Source: Paramoeba atlantica (Eukaryota; Protista; Discosea). From it: a stretch of 64,000 bases of DNA. Below the pieces are notes generated by a model. The model did not search any database and had not been told where the DNA came from. It was given only the letters and a program-made list of their open reading frames with translations. Position numbers and translations under genes: made by a program. Position 1 is the stretch's first letter, and each line of letters begins with the position of its first letter. Positions 30,251 to 41,790 of this stretch are shown here, piece after piece. The stretch lies in assembly GCA_977017575.1 (NCBI GenBank), contig CDRNVI010000019.1, positions 434,001-498,000 on the forward strand, written 5' to 3'.

Positions 30251-32245
30251 TCACTGTTCATAAAATTTACTTCTAACGGTTTCCCACTGGGTACCACATC
30301 GGCATAGTGAATGTACCACAGCTGCGACCTCACCCATATCGATACGTATCTGTTCGGTGCTATCACGTTCTCGTAGCGTCACCTTTCCATCACCCACGAG
30401 GTCGACAGTAACCGTGAATGGTGTCCCAATTTCATCAAGGCGGGCGTACTTTTTCCCAACGCTAACGGCACTCTCGTCCGTCTTCGCTCGTAGTCCACAC
30501 TGTGTCATGTTGCGTAGAACACTACGGACATTTTCCATCATTGTGTCCTTTACCATGAGAGGGATAACCGCTACCTCAAAGGGTGCGAGACCAGGGGATA
30601 AACTGAATACGGCCCGTTGCTCGTTCTTTCCACTCTCGTCACGACGTACCCAGTACGATTGTTCGAGCAGAGCGAAAAGCAAGCGACCAATACCAAAAGA
30701 AGGCTCAATGACGCTCGGAATGTAGCTTCGTCCGGTAATTTTTTCAATTCGGTGTTCGAAAGTTACTGCATTCCTGCATATTGTTACGCTGTCATCTGGA
30801 GCAATAGATATCGAAAACGAAGCGTCGTCCGGCATGGCCTCTACTTCTTTCATTTTCTCAAGTGAGAGATTCGAAAGGGCGAGTAGTACCTGATGCGATT
30901 TTTTACCAAACACTTTTCCGATGAGAGGTTTACAAGGTTTACACATATGCCTTAGCTCTTCTCTCGCTTCTGGAAGGGTCTCCCAAAATGTAAGATCTTT
31001 TCCCGTTTTGTTGGCATGAGCTGTAAGATCATACGCTGAGCGATCTGCTATTCCAATCACCTCAACCCAACCGTAGGATGTTAGCAGTTCACAATCCCAA
31101 CAGTCCTGAGCATAATGAGCCATCTCTTTATTGAGATGCTGTCGATATCTCGTGAATTTAACTCCTAAACGTCGTAAAAAGAGTTCTATTCGTCCGAGAT
31201 AATACCCGACGGTTTCATTGTCAATCATCCGGGAAGAAACAGCTTCGCCTATAGTTAGGCACCTGGGAATGCCTGACGCCTCCTGCTCTTCTCGAGTCAA
31301 AAGCCAAATCTTTATTTCTGCGACGGTGGCAAACTTCTCATGCGACTTGTCTGAAGGATTAACAAAATGCTCGATTTCTGCTAGGGTAAACTCGCGCACT
31401 CTAAGCAACGATGCGCGGGGGGATATCTCATTCCGAAAGGCAGGTCCGATGGCACAAGCCGCGAACGGTAATCGTGAAACGGAATTTGTTTCCAGCAGTC
31501 GTTTGAAGTTTAGACAAATGCCTTGTGCGAGTTCGGGTCTCAGATAAGCTTTCCGGGTCTTCTCAGGTCCAACATGCGTTTCAAACATTAAGTTAAATTC
31601 GAAAGGTTCAGATAACTTGTTACCTTCGCTCGACTTCATGTCGTATTTTGCCACCAATTCGCCCAATTCAGTTTTATTTAGGTTGGGAATGATATCTGCT
31701 GACACTAAAGGTTCGTCTGATGAAATTCTTCCGCAGTCGCCATCTAGCTTTGAATTCCGCATTAACCATTCTTGAACAAACTTATCAAGTCTTACACATT
31801 CGCCAGTGACTGTGTCGCGTGCCATAATGTCATTAAAACGTTGCAGGTGACCGGACGTACTGAATACAACTTCAGGCGTGATACACGAAGGATCAATTTC
31901 ACACATATTTTCTTCCCGTAAGAAATGATCTCGCCATTTTTCAAGTACTTGGTATTTTATTGCACACAAGGGAGGGCCAAGGTCATATTGTCCCGAAACA
32001 CCACCGTAGATATCAAAAGAAGGACCAAAAAAGAACCGACGTCGACACGTACCCTCAAAGTCTTCTCTTCTAAACGAAGGTAAACAGTTCGGAAGGGTGG
32101 ATTGTGAAGTGAGCTTCAAATTGCTCACCGCATTACATGCATTGTTCATCATCCCAAAACCAAACAGACACAAACAAAGGGCAACAGTGAAATAGAAACG
32201 GGATTTAGTGATAAAATATATCGTGCATGTAAATATTTCTGTCAT
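30251..32245 (-). CDS. GARS: Glycyl-tRNA synthetase (eukaryotic class II); true start may be a downstream Met
   Basis: RRRFFFGPSFDIYGGV.G.YDLGP, YLRPELAQG, FRNEISPR, VREFTLAEIE, VIEPSFGIGR and YARLDEIGTPF. Confidence 0.97.
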   Translation of the reverse strand: MTEIFTCTIYFITKSRFYFTVALCLCLFGFGMMNNACNAVSNLKLTSQSTLPNCLPSFRREDFEGTCRRRFFFGPSFDIYGGVSGQYDLGPPLCAIKYQVLEKWRDHFLREENMCEIDPSCITPEVVFSTSGHLQRFNDIMARDTVTGECVRLDKFVQEWLMRNSKLDGDCGRISSDEPLVSADIIPNLNKTELGELVAKYDMKSSEGNKLSEPFEFNLMFETHVGPEKTRKAYLRPELAQGICLNFKRLLETNSVSRLPFAACAIGPAFRNEISPRASLLRVREFTLAEIEHFVNPSDKSHEKFATVAEIKIWLLTREEQEASGIPRCLTIGEAVSSRMIDNETVGYYLGRIELFLRRLGVKFTRYRQHLNKEMAHYAQDCWDCELLTSYGWVEVIGIADRSAYDLTAHANKTGKDLTFWETLPEAREELRHMCKPCKPLIGKVFGKKSHQVLLALSNLSLEKMKEVEAMPDDASFSISIAPDDSVTICRNAVTFEHRIEKITGRSYIPSVIEPSFGIGRLLFALLEQSYWVRRDESGKNEQRAVFSLSPGLAPFEVAVIPLMVKDTMMENVRSVLRNMTQCGLRAKTDESAVSVGKKYARLDEIGTPFTVTVDLVGDGKVTLRERDSTEQIRIDMGEVAAVVHSLCRCGTQWETVRSKFYEQ

Positions 32246-32305
32246 GCATACATTATACAGTATAGTTTTGTGGAACAGAATCTGTAATACAATCTGTATG
32301 TATTA

Positions 32306-34273
32306 TTATGGCGTAAACACAACGTGTTCTCCAGGAGAAATCATTCTCCAGGATAATAATAATTGAAAAACTCTACTAACTACAGAGTTGAACATCTTGG
32401 AAAGCAGCTTTTCCCAAAGAAAAGATTTTGAGATTGATTTCGTCATGTACGTACCTTCTAACTTGTACCCTAGTTTTCGGTAATAGTTTCTTACTCCAAT
32501 CCCCGAAATAACAGCTGTTTTGTTGCAACCATGCGTCCTTGAGTACGATTCTGCGGTGTCCATAAGTCTCCTGCCAGCCCCTAAATGCTGAGTTTCTTTA
32601 CCTGAATTGGTTGAACACACTGGCACAAGTTGTCCATACGTGTGAAGTTCACGAATTAAAGCAGCATATCTTAGCTCTGGAAACGGATTGTTTGAAATAT
32701 CGTGATTAATTCGGAGGCGCAAATGCGCAAACAACTCTGTGCGCTTCTGATTTTCCAAGCTGAAGTAATACTCTGTTCCACCACTGGCTTTAAACTTGTC
32801 AACATACAAGATCGCTTCTCCATCATATGTAGTGCGAGTCTTACATTCACGCTCACGAACATCACGGCATTCAATTCCTCTCTGTTTCATTAACCGGTCT
32901 ATTTCTTGCCTAAGATTGGTTCGTTTTTCCCCAGCGAGTATATAGTCACCTGGAATGTCTCTTACAATACGATTTAAACGTATCCTATAGGGTACATGTT
33001 CCATGATATAGCAAATCAATTCCACTATAAGCTCTCCATTGTTTTTCTCCGCGTATGGAGTGTAGAGGCCGTTGTCGTACCACTCTTTAATTTTTGTGTA
33101 GGGTACGGTCGCCGTGGGGTAAACCTTCCATTGGTCCACCTGAAGTTCCGTATTTTTATGACTAAAAAGGTATTTAAACATCTCTAAGTCCTTCTCAAAA
33201 GTCGATCCTGGGAGATCTGGCATCCAATGAGCGTCAACTTTGAATCCCGTTTCTAAAAGTAGTCGGATACCCTTCTTAGATTGCTCAATTGAGCATTCTC
33301 GATTCACAAGTTCCAGTATTTCATTCTCAATGTGTTGAATCCCAAGCTGGACGCGGGTCACACCAAGTTTTCGGAACCTAGTAATTTCGGATAGCGTAAC
33401 ATAGTCAGGTCGGGTCTCCACAGTCAGGCCAATAATCCTACACTGGGCATCTTCATTTCGCGTCATTTCTTCTTCCAAACTTAATGACTTTCGTGAAGCG
33501 GGAGCGAAAAATGTATTCGCTGCGAAATATAGCCCAGTCATAAACTCCTCGGCGTACTCTTTGGGGTAAAAGCTAAATGTGCCACCCAAAACAATAATCT
33601 CAATCTTGTCCACAGTATGACCATTGTTCTCCAGTGCACGGGCTCGATCATTGAATTGTCGAATTGGGTCCCACCCGTTACGGTGGCCACGCAGAACGCT
33701 GGGCTCGCGGAGGAGATATGATCTTGCGACTCCGGGCTGGTTCGGGCAGTAATGGCAATCTTTTGGACACGAGAAGCGTCCGGGGCCCATCAGTACGCTA
33801 ACGACCAGTACTCCTGAGTGGGATTTCGCTCGTTTCTTCAGTAAGTAGCTAATGAGCTCCTGATTGGGTTTCGTTTCGGGCCCACAATGGTCGATATACT
33901 CATGATATGCACGTATTACTTGTGATTTTCTGGCGAATCCCCCTCCAGGATGCCCAACTCTTCTGCATAATGTGTTGTACTTTTTCTCGAATTCTGCTCG
34001 AGAGGGAATAGTGGGTTCGCTTTTCTTTGCGGCTTTTTCCCCATATTGTGACATGAAGTCATGAAGACCCTGTGCAACGGATATGAAATGATTTCTCTCG
34101 TTTTCGGATAGATCGTTCCAGTCTTCGTAAGTTTGCATGCACGTGGCATCTTCGATTTCATTCGCCTCGTCTGGATCTTGATAATCGCCTAAAAGCTCAA
34201 AATGCTCATCGCCCATGCAGTCCGTGTAATCACCATTCGTTCGCTCAGACTTCGCCATTACCTGTACTTTCAT
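32306..34273 (-). CDS. ELP3: ELP3 radical-SAM/GNAT tRNA acetyltransferase; possible start 34258
   Basis: CPKDCHYC, ETRPDY, RVQLGIQH, RLNRIVRDIP, IRELHTYG and QHLGAGRRLM. Confidence 0.95.
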   Translation of the reverse strand: MKVQVMAKSERTNGDYTDCMGDEHFELLGDYQDPDEANEIEDATCMQTYEDWNDLSENERNHFISVAQGLHDFMSQYGEKAAKKSEPTIPSRAEFEKKYNTLCRRVGHPGGGFARKSQVIRAYHEYIDHCGPETKPNQELISYLLKKRAKSHSGVLVVSVLMGPGRFSCPKDCHYCPNQPGVARSYLLREPSVLRGHRNGWDPIRQFNDRARALENNGHTVDKIEIIVLGGTFSFYPKEYAEEFMTGLYFAANTFFAPASRKSLSLEEEMTRNEDAQCRIIGLTVETRPDYVTLSEITRFRKLGVTRVQLGIQHIENEILELVNRECSIEQSKKGIRLLLETGFKVDAHWMPDLPGSTFEKDLEMFKYLFSHKNTELQVDQWKVYPTATVPYTKIKEWYDNGLYTPYAEKNNGELIVELICYIMEHVPYRIRLNRIVRDIPGDYILAGEKRTNLRQEIDRLMKQRGIECRDVRERECKTRTTYDGEAILYVDKFKASGGTEYYFSLENQKRTELFAHLRLRINHDISNNPFPELRYAALIRELHTYGQLVPVCSTNSGKETQHLGAGRRLMDTAESYSRTHGCNKTAVISGIGVRNYYRKLGYKLEGTYMTKSISKSFLWEKLLSKMFNSVVSRVFQLLLSWRMISPGEHVVFTP

Positions 34274-34653
34274 ACGAGATTAAAATGACACCGAAATACG
34301 CCTTGTATAATACGATAGAATATGCAATTATTGGTCGTACAAGCAAACAGGTGTTTTGATCGCTGGTTCTCGTACTTCGCTGAAGCTGTATGAAAACGCC
34401 CATCTAAATTTGTATACTCTATTGTACTCTAGTATGTACTCTATTACCAGCAGAAGGGCTGGGTATATTGACAGCATCATAGAAATGAAATGAGTTGACC
34501 TCTACCCGAAAGGTCCACAATTCATCTTATAGAAAGGTCTATGATGGTACTATGGTAGTAAACGACATGCACCGTCACGGCGTGTAGATAGAGAAAAGTA
34601 CGAAAATAAAGAGGTGTACTTTTACTTTCATGAAATCCGGTGCTGGAAATCGT

Positions 34654-35826
34654 TCAGAAATCAGGTTCAAAACGAACGAAGCACTGGTCTACGGGGAAAA
34701 GGCTTTGTGTGTAGATCATGTCTTCTACCTTTTCGGCTACATCACGGCAGGTTGAAACGGGGAGCTTCTCTGAAACATTAATGGTTAGATCTACAGTATA
34801 TCCTCCACCCGTCGCATACGCTTGCACACATCTGAGACCAGAAATCCGTTGGTCGCAAATCAGTACAATAAAAATGATTTGATTCAGCACTCGATTTGGT
34901 GCGGTTCTACCGCTTAGTTTCCTGCTTTGTTCCCATCCCATCTGTGTCCAGGTAGCAACAATGTAGATAGTGATTAAGATGCCCGTGATATCATCCCACA
35001 TCGGGTGCAAGTAAATGACAAGAGCAACACCTATCATTCCGGCTCCGTTACTGATCACATCATTTCGGTGATCCTTCCGCAGCGCATCACATGACTCGTT
35101 TCCTTTTACCAGAGTAACGCAGTAAATGTACATCAGAAATTTAACCACCACTACGGTTGCTAGAACAAAAAGAACAAGTGTGAGATGGGGCACAGATCGT
35201 ACTTGGTCGCTCGTCAAGGTTGCTACAAGCTGTTTCAGACCATGGTTGAGTACATTCATGGCGGCGACTGCCATGATGCAACTGAATACAAGAACTCCCA
35301 AAGGCTCTATGCTCTTTTTTCCGTGTGGATAATATGTAAGATCTTCCTTGCGCAATATTCTATTGAGCACGACAAGAAGAGCTCCACTAATCAAATCTAA
35401 AACAGAGTCCAAGAGACTCGCTAATGCTGTCAACGATCCGCTTAGTGTCACGGCAACACATTTCAAAGCAAGAAGAAGACAGTTGATCACCAAGGAACCA
35501 ATGATGGCAAAACGAACCCTTCGCGAAGATGCTGATAAATTTCTTTCGGAATGAAATTTTTTCACTTTATCAGGACACATCTCCTGTGCGAGGGGTGCGA
35601 CGGGCACTGCTGAAGAATTTTCATTCTTTGAGGGTTGCGACAATCCTTTTTTGTCAATATTGCCGCACTCGTTGTAAAGCTGACAAAAAGTTTTTAAAAG
35701 TCCTTCTTGCTGTGCGTAATACGATTTTACAGATTTTTTAAGCGACGTCTGAGATTTACCGCCGTCCGGTGGATTTAATCTAGGCACTTGATTGTCTGCG
35801 ATGTACTCCTCTAAAAAGGTCTGCAT
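34654..35826 (-). CDS. Cation diffusion facilitator, MTP/Mn-CDF-like
   Basis: ASLLDSVLD, YPHGKKSIEPLG and DHRNDV with six predicted TM segments and a C-terminal dimerisation domain. Confidence 0.9.
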   Translation of the reverse strand: MQTFLEEYIADNQVPRLNPPDGGKSQTSLKKSVKSYYAQQEGLLKTFCQLYNECGNIDKKGLSQPSKNENSSAVPVAPLAQEMCPDKVKKFHSERNLSASSRRVRFAIIGSLVINCLLLALKCVAVTLSGSLTALASLLDSVLDLISGALLVVLNRILRKEDLTYYPHGKKSIEPLGVLVFSCIMAVAAMNVLNHGLKQLVATLTSDQVRSVPHLTLVLFVLATVVVVKFLMYIYCVTLVKGNESCDALRKDHRNDVISNGAGMIGVALVIYLHPMWDDITGILITIYIVATWTQMGWEQSRKLSGRTAPNRVLNQIIFIVLICDQRISGLRCVQAYATGGGYTVDLTINVSEKLPVSTCRDVAEKVEDMIYTQSLFPVDQCFVRFEPDF

Positions 35827-36092
35827 TTCAAGCTAGTCCCACACTTACGTGCTTCATTTACGTCGGAAAAAATTAGATACGGAGAGAGTAAGATCATACA
35901 TGTAGATGTTTGAGCATTGAAACCCTGCCTTCACTTACAGTACTTAGGAGTATTTTCTTTCAATGCTTTTTATTTTCTATATTTCATGATTCTTCAATAG
36001 GCGAGACGAATCAAAAATTCACAAGTAGAAGTATCACTAGAAGCATAGAAGCGTAGAACAGAATAAAATTGGGTAGCAATTTGATACTGACA

Positions 36093-36758
36093 CTAACAAA
36101 ACAAGGACCAGTTAATAATCTTTAACTCTTTAGCACAATTCTCGAGTATCAAAGCTATTTCTTCATGTTTAAGAGTTCGTCGAACTGTCCCGAACTCGGA
36201 ACTTCTTGTACTGATCTCTGTTGGAGCTGTCACAGTAAGCAAAATATCTGTGTCGATGGGAGAGAGCAGTCGGCCTAGTACAGCCTCGACCCAGACAATA
36301 TTTTCCGCCCCTTCTTCCTTAAACTTATGAACTCTCTGTGATCCATTGAATCGAACCACAAATCCCATAGGAGGGGAGACAATATAGGGAAAATACGTAA
36401 AAGCTCGTTGATTGTCTGTCACTTCTTTTGCAAACATAAGAGTCTCCGCGTTTTCAGAATCAGAATGCGATTCATAGCAGAGTTGGCAGAAACCAGCCTC
36501 ACGTACGGAACACAATTTATGTTCGTACGAACTACTACTTTTGGCGTGCTCATCGAAATGAATGCGCGCAGAATCCGCGTCCGCAATATCTTCATTTCGT
36601 GCTAACAATTCAATAATTATACAGCAACCCGTATCAACGTCTGTAAATACTTCCTGATGATCTGGTACTCCTGAAATACCCGAAACATCAGAGAACTCCT
36701 TGGGTTTCTTAAAGACTAAAGCCCCACCGAACAATTTTTTTGTCTCCATAGCATTCAA
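36093..36758 (-). CDS. MOG1: Mog1 Ran guanine-nucleotide release factor
   Basis: LFGGA..., DVS...VPDHQEVF, IIIELL and DILLTV; pyrimidine tract plus AG 10 nt before the ATG. Confidence 0.85.
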   Translation of the reverse strand: MNAMETKKLFGGALVFKKPKEFSDVSGISGVPDHQEVFTDVDTGCCIIIELLARNEDIADADSARIHFDEHAKSSSSYEHKLCSVREAGFCQLCYESHSDSENAETLMFAKEVTDNQRAFTYFPYIVSPPMGFVVRFNGSQRVHKFKEEGAENIVWVEAVLGRLLSPIDTDILLTVTAPTEISTRSSEFGTVRRTLKHEEIALILENCAKELKIINWSLFC

Positions 36759-36948
36759 AGAGTCCTACAAGGTAAAGATTCCATGATTTGGACAGGAAAA
36801 GTATAAAAAGATCGAACCCCTAGTTTCACAGGGCAAATCAAGAAAACTTATGTGAAAGACAAAACTGTTTCTACTTTTTTAACAAATACGTACAAATAAT
36901 GTGTGTTTGTAGTTCGTACAAGGTGTGCCAATAAAATACAATAGAAAG

Positions 36949-37560
36949 TTAGCTTCCTTTCTTCCCTTTATGTATCGTAATGTTCGTGTCAGTTTCTTGT
37001 TTCATGCTATGAAGAAAGGCCGTATAATCAAATATATGGGGATTTTTATTAAAAGCGTGAACCCATTGTTCGTATTTATTGGGTTCTATGTAGTATTTCA
37101 TCAGCATTCCGCAAATAAAGGCACTATCTTCCTTCGTAAATACCTCATCCTTCAACTCAGCGCGGATAAGGACAATGCCTTTTGTGGATGCCAACTCCGT
37201 AAAGAATTGTATCAGCAAATGCGGAGTACAACTGTCTTCTTTATCCTGCCATTCACGTAAAGGAGCCACACCGACTACATCCCGATCAAAACATGTAACT
37301 GCGTTGAACAGGCATGTTTTTCGAAACACTGGTACACAGAAATATGGACACTGACGTAACCTCTGTTGCATTTGGATATAGGCATCGTTTGAGATGACCC
37401 TACCCCAGTACTGGAGCAATTGAGAATGATGCTGAACCCAAAGATTTATTATTTGAGGCGCGGGAAGCGGGAGAAGTAAATCCATTTTCATTACCGTGTC
37501 TAAAGATTTTCGTCCCGGTAGCTTAAAAAGATTTCTTAAGTTGGCACTGCGCACAAGCAT
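36949..37560 (-). CDS. ATP11: ATP11 mitochondrial F1-ATPase assembly factor
   Basis: KSLDTVMKMDLL, IINLWVQHH, CPYFCVPVFR and FNKNPHIFDY. Confidence 0.8.
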   Translation of the reverse strand: MLVRSANLRNLFKLPGRKSLDTVMKMDLLLPLPAPQIINLWVQHHSQLLQYWGRVISNDAYIQMQQRLRQCPYFCVPVFRKTCLFNAVTCFDRDVVGVAPLREWQDKEDSCTPHLLIQFFTELASTKGIVLIRAELKDEVFTKEDSAFICGMLMKYYIEPNKYEQWVHAFNKNPHIFDYTAFLHSMKQETDTNITIHKGKKGS

Positions 37561-38006
37561 GAAAAGCAGGAGCTCGTGAAACTAAACTAAAATTCGGTTT
37601 GAGTTCAGAAGTTAAATAAAAAATCTCACTATTCAAGAGCACAGATTAAGCTAAAAGAAATCTGCTGCACCTTTTTAAAAGTAATACTGTAAGTTGCATT
37701 AATAATTATAAATTTACACAAATCCTAAATTTATAATTATTAAGGGTTTATAATTCTTTCATAGTGTTTTTATAATTATAAATTGGTTTTAAGCTTTTTG
37801 TTTTACTCGCATGTCCCAGATTCAATGACTCTGGTGCGTACTTCGCGGGGTATTGATTTCATAGGAAACACGAAGTACTAAGGGATAAGTCTAAAATTAA
37901 GTTTTAAGTGAAAGTATATTGTGTTCTCCGTCAAAAATATTTTTTTTCAAAATTGCAAAAAAACTGTTCACATGTTTTTTTTGAGTTGCATACAATCATA
38001 CTTTTA

Positions 38007-38930
38007 AACCCCCCACAGCGAAAAGTCACCCCCCTCTAACTTATCAGCCAAGTGTCCGTTTGAGCTCATTTTTGTTGCATTTTGCTGTTCCCAACACAAA
38101 GACTTTGCGCGTTATGACATGGAACCAAGGCTCTCAAATGCGTGCATCCAATAGATGGATTATCACTTTCTTCATATTTTTCAAGAGACCAATTTCTCAC
38201 ACTTTAACAAAATAAATCTTCTCCTCCCATGAGAAATTCAATTATTTTTGTCCTTTTTTGCTGATTTTTTTTCCGAACGAGAGATCTCGTTCTCCTAGCA
38301 AAGATCTTTGCCGCTATTTTATAATATTGACCCACTTGTGCCCCCTGGCCGCGGAGTGTTTGTTTTCTTAAATTAGTGTGGTATGACGATGCAAAAAAAT
38401 AGAACCTAAAAACAATTTTCTTTTTCAGTTTCTAAGATGATCTAAAAATGGTGGGAACGTGTAGATCTCAGAATTTTGAGCGAGAAAATGATATCTTAAT
38501 CCCCCTAGGCCCCTTCAAGCAAAAAGTAAAGGGGACAGCTTAAAAAAGTTGATTTATCACCGTTTCAAGAAAGAACCAACCAAAGACAAATATTCCACCA
38601 CGTGACAAATTGAATGTTTGTTATCTGTTTTTGATCATTTTTGTTGCAATCGAGAGATCTCGTCCCCCTAGCGAAGATCTGTGGCACCATTTTCATGTTG
38701 ACCCCCTTCTCCCCCCCTGGTCGAGGAACATGAGATTTTTCGGGTAATATTGGCATGACTATGTAAAAACGTCATTAAAAAAATGAGTTTTAATTTGTTA
38801 TCTGTGAAGAGGTCTAAAAACAGCGGGAACGTGCAGATCTCAAAATTTTGAATGAAAAAGTGGTGCCGCAGCCCCCCTAAGCCTCGTTGTACAAAAAAAG
38901 AGGGGGGTGACTTATTCGCTGTGGGGGGTT
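38007..38930. mobile_element. TA-flanked MITE with two internal units related to the 17042 TIR family
   Basis: TA|AACCCCCCACAGCGAA..GTCACCCCCCTC...GAGGGGGGTGACTTATTCGCTGTGGGGGGTT|TA; GAGATCTCG.C.C.TAGC.AAGATC units near 38281 and 38653. Confidence 0.8.
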
Positions 38931-39049
38931 TATTAGAAAGCCTATACAGTCGGAAGCTCTGTGGCAACATATACGTAGTACCCACGCGTACACTACTCTG
39001 ATATACTACTTCAATGCACACGACACCTGGCCACAGGGAAACACCGGCA

Positions 39050-39265
39050 ACAAAAAAGTATCAAACATGTGAACAGTTTTTTTGCATACTGTATATACAC
39101 TTAAGGTTATAAGTACACTTACCGTAAGTACATAACCGTAAGTACACCTACGGTTATATACACTTACACTTATATATACACATAAACACTTATAAATATA
39201 CACATATTTGCTACTTTCGCTTATACACTTACACTTATATATACAGATAATTATGTGTATATATA
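39050..39265. repeat. Low-complexity TACAC(T)TATA-type repeat
   Basis: Repeated TACACTTA, TATACAC and CCGTAAGTAC units. Confidence 0.6.
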
Positions 39266-39459
39266 ACCAGGGGGGGTTAGTACATGTAGTAGTACATGTA
39301 GTATCATTCGTAAAATAGCAAGAGGCCCAGTTGCATAATTATTTATAATTATAATTATAAATACAAAAGTTTTATTTTTTATATTTATAATTATTAATGC
39401 AACTCCCAGTACAGTACTTGCAAAGAATACAGTGCGATCAGGATATTAAACTGCCATCC

Positions 39460-41790
39460 TTACCGCGTAAAATCAAGAACCTCCTTCCAAACCGGACAGC
39501 ACGTGCGTAATGTTCGCTCGCTGCCAACTATATAAATTAATTCTCGGGCTCGTGTCAGCGCTACATTCGCACGTTGGCGGTCATCAAGAAATGTCAAGAG
39601 TTCTCCGTACTGAGGTCTACTATTGAGAGTACTATCACTTGATACGCGATCCCTTCGGTTGATCAAAGGGCAATCTGCTTCTTTAATACATCGAACGCAT
39701 GAGATAATGATGACATCTTTTTCCCGTCCTTGATACCCATCTACGGTGTTCACCTCAACAGATGCTATCCCGGATTCGTTGTGCGAAACCACGACGCTAC
39801 TCTCGCGTGTGGCGTTTACAAATTCTCCCTGATTATTCGCAAACGTTGTCGGAAGGGCCTCGAGAAGCTTTAACTTAATTTTCATCTGCTGCGCAAGGTA
39901 AGGTGTGATCACGCCTACCGTTGCATCGCGACAGCCCTTATTGGGGTTCCCCTTCAATGTTTTGATCAGATTTTCAATAATTCGAAGAACAGCATCGACT
40001 TCCTCATCATTGTAATACGAAGTGCCGTGTAGTTTTTCACTTCCTGTGACGTTTTCGAGATGGATCCGTCGCCTCGAGCTGTATTCTCTGTCGCCCGAAA
40101 TATTCACTCGTTGACCTGTTTTTAGACGTCCACCATAAAATAATTCACTGGGTAAAGCGCATAGATCTGGGTGCATCCGATACTGCTCGGAAAGAAAAAA
40201 GAACGGATAGCCATTTTCAAGCATCCGCTCCATTAAACTACGGTCGTATTTGTTGCGTATACTTTTCCTTCCAAAGACTGTAGGTGGTAATTGCATAGGA
40301 TCACCTATAAGCGCAGCGCGACGACAGGCATGAGATAGTGCAAAAATGGTTTGAGGTTCGGTTATTTGTCCGGCCTCGTCAATTATTACCGTATCGAATT
40401 TTATTCCTTCAGTGCGAAGCGATCCTATTGTTGAGAAAACAATTTGGAATTGACTTAAGATGTGTTCACGAGGAGCAATCTCTATTTTCTTACCTGTCGT
40501 AACTGATCCATATTTATGGTCGCCAAATTGTTTACGCAGAATGTCTTCAAATAGATAACCTTGCTGAGCTACAACAGGATTCACTCTTTCTCTTGCACCG
40601 AGTCGAACCATGGATGGAATGGGGACGTTCAGGTCTTTAGCCTCCTTTATTGTGCGAAGCAAGATCTCATCCACAGCAGTATTGCTTGCCGCGCATACCA
40701 AAAGTTTCCCCATGATAGTTTCTTTTACGTATGCATGAGTGGATTGCACAAGTAAATTGTATAATATTCCAACAATAGTATGAGTTTTACCTGTACCAGG
40801 AGGTCCCTGCACTACAACAAGCTCTGCAGAGTGCGACATCGTGTCTAAAGAAATCCAATTTCCTAAAGAAGAAAGCGTGCTGCCTGGAGCGGATGCAGCA
40901 CTTGTGTCGATTTTTTTCATAGTTATTCGTGAGAACTCGGTTCTAGACATGTGCGATATCACTGCACGCTGCGTAGCATTGTATTTCTGGGATGAAGATC
41001 TTTCATTTAAAGAGTCATAACGCGATTGCAGCGCATTACATTTTCCCTGCAACTTCGCTTCTGCAGGCTTCAAAATTTGATTCGCATATGGAATCATTTG
41101 TTCTAGGAAAAAACACGCCTCCATTGAACCAAATACGGATGCAAGACCCATGTGGCGCCTAATTGTGCACTTCATTGGTAACTTAGGTTCTATTTTGACC
41201 GGTGTAATAAATGTATAAGCTTCAGCCGTAGTGGAAGACTGGCGGTGATAAGAATCTACTGTGCGGACAACACCAACCACTTCGAGTCCAGGCAGATAAA
41301 TTGATATCACGTCATGTGGGGAGAGTCGTGCACACGTTTCATTTCGGTTTTGCGGAGTAAATACCAGTCGAGTGCGTGACGGTTCAAATTTGTTGGAAGA
41401 GGGCTTAGGCAATGTGAAAACAGAGCGAAGTCGGGCTTCAAATGCTGTTTGTGGTTGTCGCCTGGCTTCAATGACTTCTGCTTGCGCGGCGCACAAGATG
41501 TTTCCGAGCCAGACCTCGCCATATTCATCTGCAGAGATAAATTCTTTCGGGATGCGAGCACATTGTATTGGAGGACGAAAACACTGATGCGTATTTTTCT
41601 CATTCCGGTTTTCATCTCTTTTCCTTTTGGTGTGGTCAGCTAGTGCCTCGGGATGTAATATTTCAAGAAAATCACTTTTCAGACGAAAGTACTCTAGACG
41701 TTGACGCAACACTCTTTCGGCCTCGAATGCGTCGTCCGACGATTTTTGCAAAGTACAAATGCGAGATACATGTGCATTTGTCGGTTTCAT
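39460..41790 (-). CDS. SF1 Upf1/Sen1-like helicase
   Basis: QGPPGTGKT, IIDEAGQ, GDPMQLPPTV, QYRMHP, TVDGYQGREKD and NVALTRAR. Confidence 0.92.
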   Translation of the reverse strand: MKPTNAHVSRICTLQKSSDDAFEAERVLRQRLEYFRLKSDFLEILHPEALADHTKRKRDENRNEKNTHQCFRPPIQCARIPKEFISADEYGEVWLGNILCAAQAEVIEARRQPQTAFEARLRSVFTLPKPSSNKFEPSRTRLVFTPQNRNETCARLSPHDVISIYLPGLEVVGVVRTVDSYHRQSSTTAEAYTFITPVKIEPKLPMKCTIRRHMGLASVFGSMEACFFLEQMIPYANQILKPAEAKLQGKCNALQSRYDSLNERSSSQKYNATQRAVISHMSRTEFSRITMKKIDTSAASAPGSTLSSLGNWISLDTMSHSAELVVVQGPPGTGKTHTIVGILYNLLVQSTHAYVKETIMGKLLVCAASNTAVDEILLRTIKEAKDLNVPIPSMVRLGARERVNPVVAQQGYLFEDILRKQFGDHKYGSVTTGKKIEIAPREHILSQFQIVFSTIGSLRTEGIKFDTVIIDEAGQITEPQTIFALSHACRRAALIGDPMQLPPTVFGRKSIRNKYDRSLMERMLENGYPFFFLSEQYRMHPDLCALPSELFYGGRLKTGQRVNISGDREYSSRRRIHLENVTGSEKLHGTSYYNDEEVDAVLRIIENLIKTLKGNPNKGCRDATVGVITPYLAQQMKIKLKLLEALPTTFANNQGEFVNATRESSVVVSHNESGIASVEVNTVDGYQGREKDVIIISCVRCIKEADCPLINRRDRVSSDSTLNSRPQYGELLTFLDDRQRANVALTRARELIYIVGSERTLRTCCPVWKEVLDFTR

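Larger units (their letters stand above)
37687..39409. mobile_element. TA-flanked MITE with a nested MITE
   Basis: TA|CTGTAAGTTGCATTAATAATTATAAA...TTTATAATTATTAATGCAACTCCCAG|TA. Confidence 0.7.

Noticed and set aside
30251-32245. Hydrophobic N-terminal extension on glycyl-tRNA synthetase as a targeting signal
   Set aside because: Likely an ORF-caller extension; downstream Met codons exist and the splice site is unmapped.
32306-34273. ELP3 as a novelty
   Set aside because: ELP3 homologues are already known in kinetoplastids, and the motifs are ordinary.
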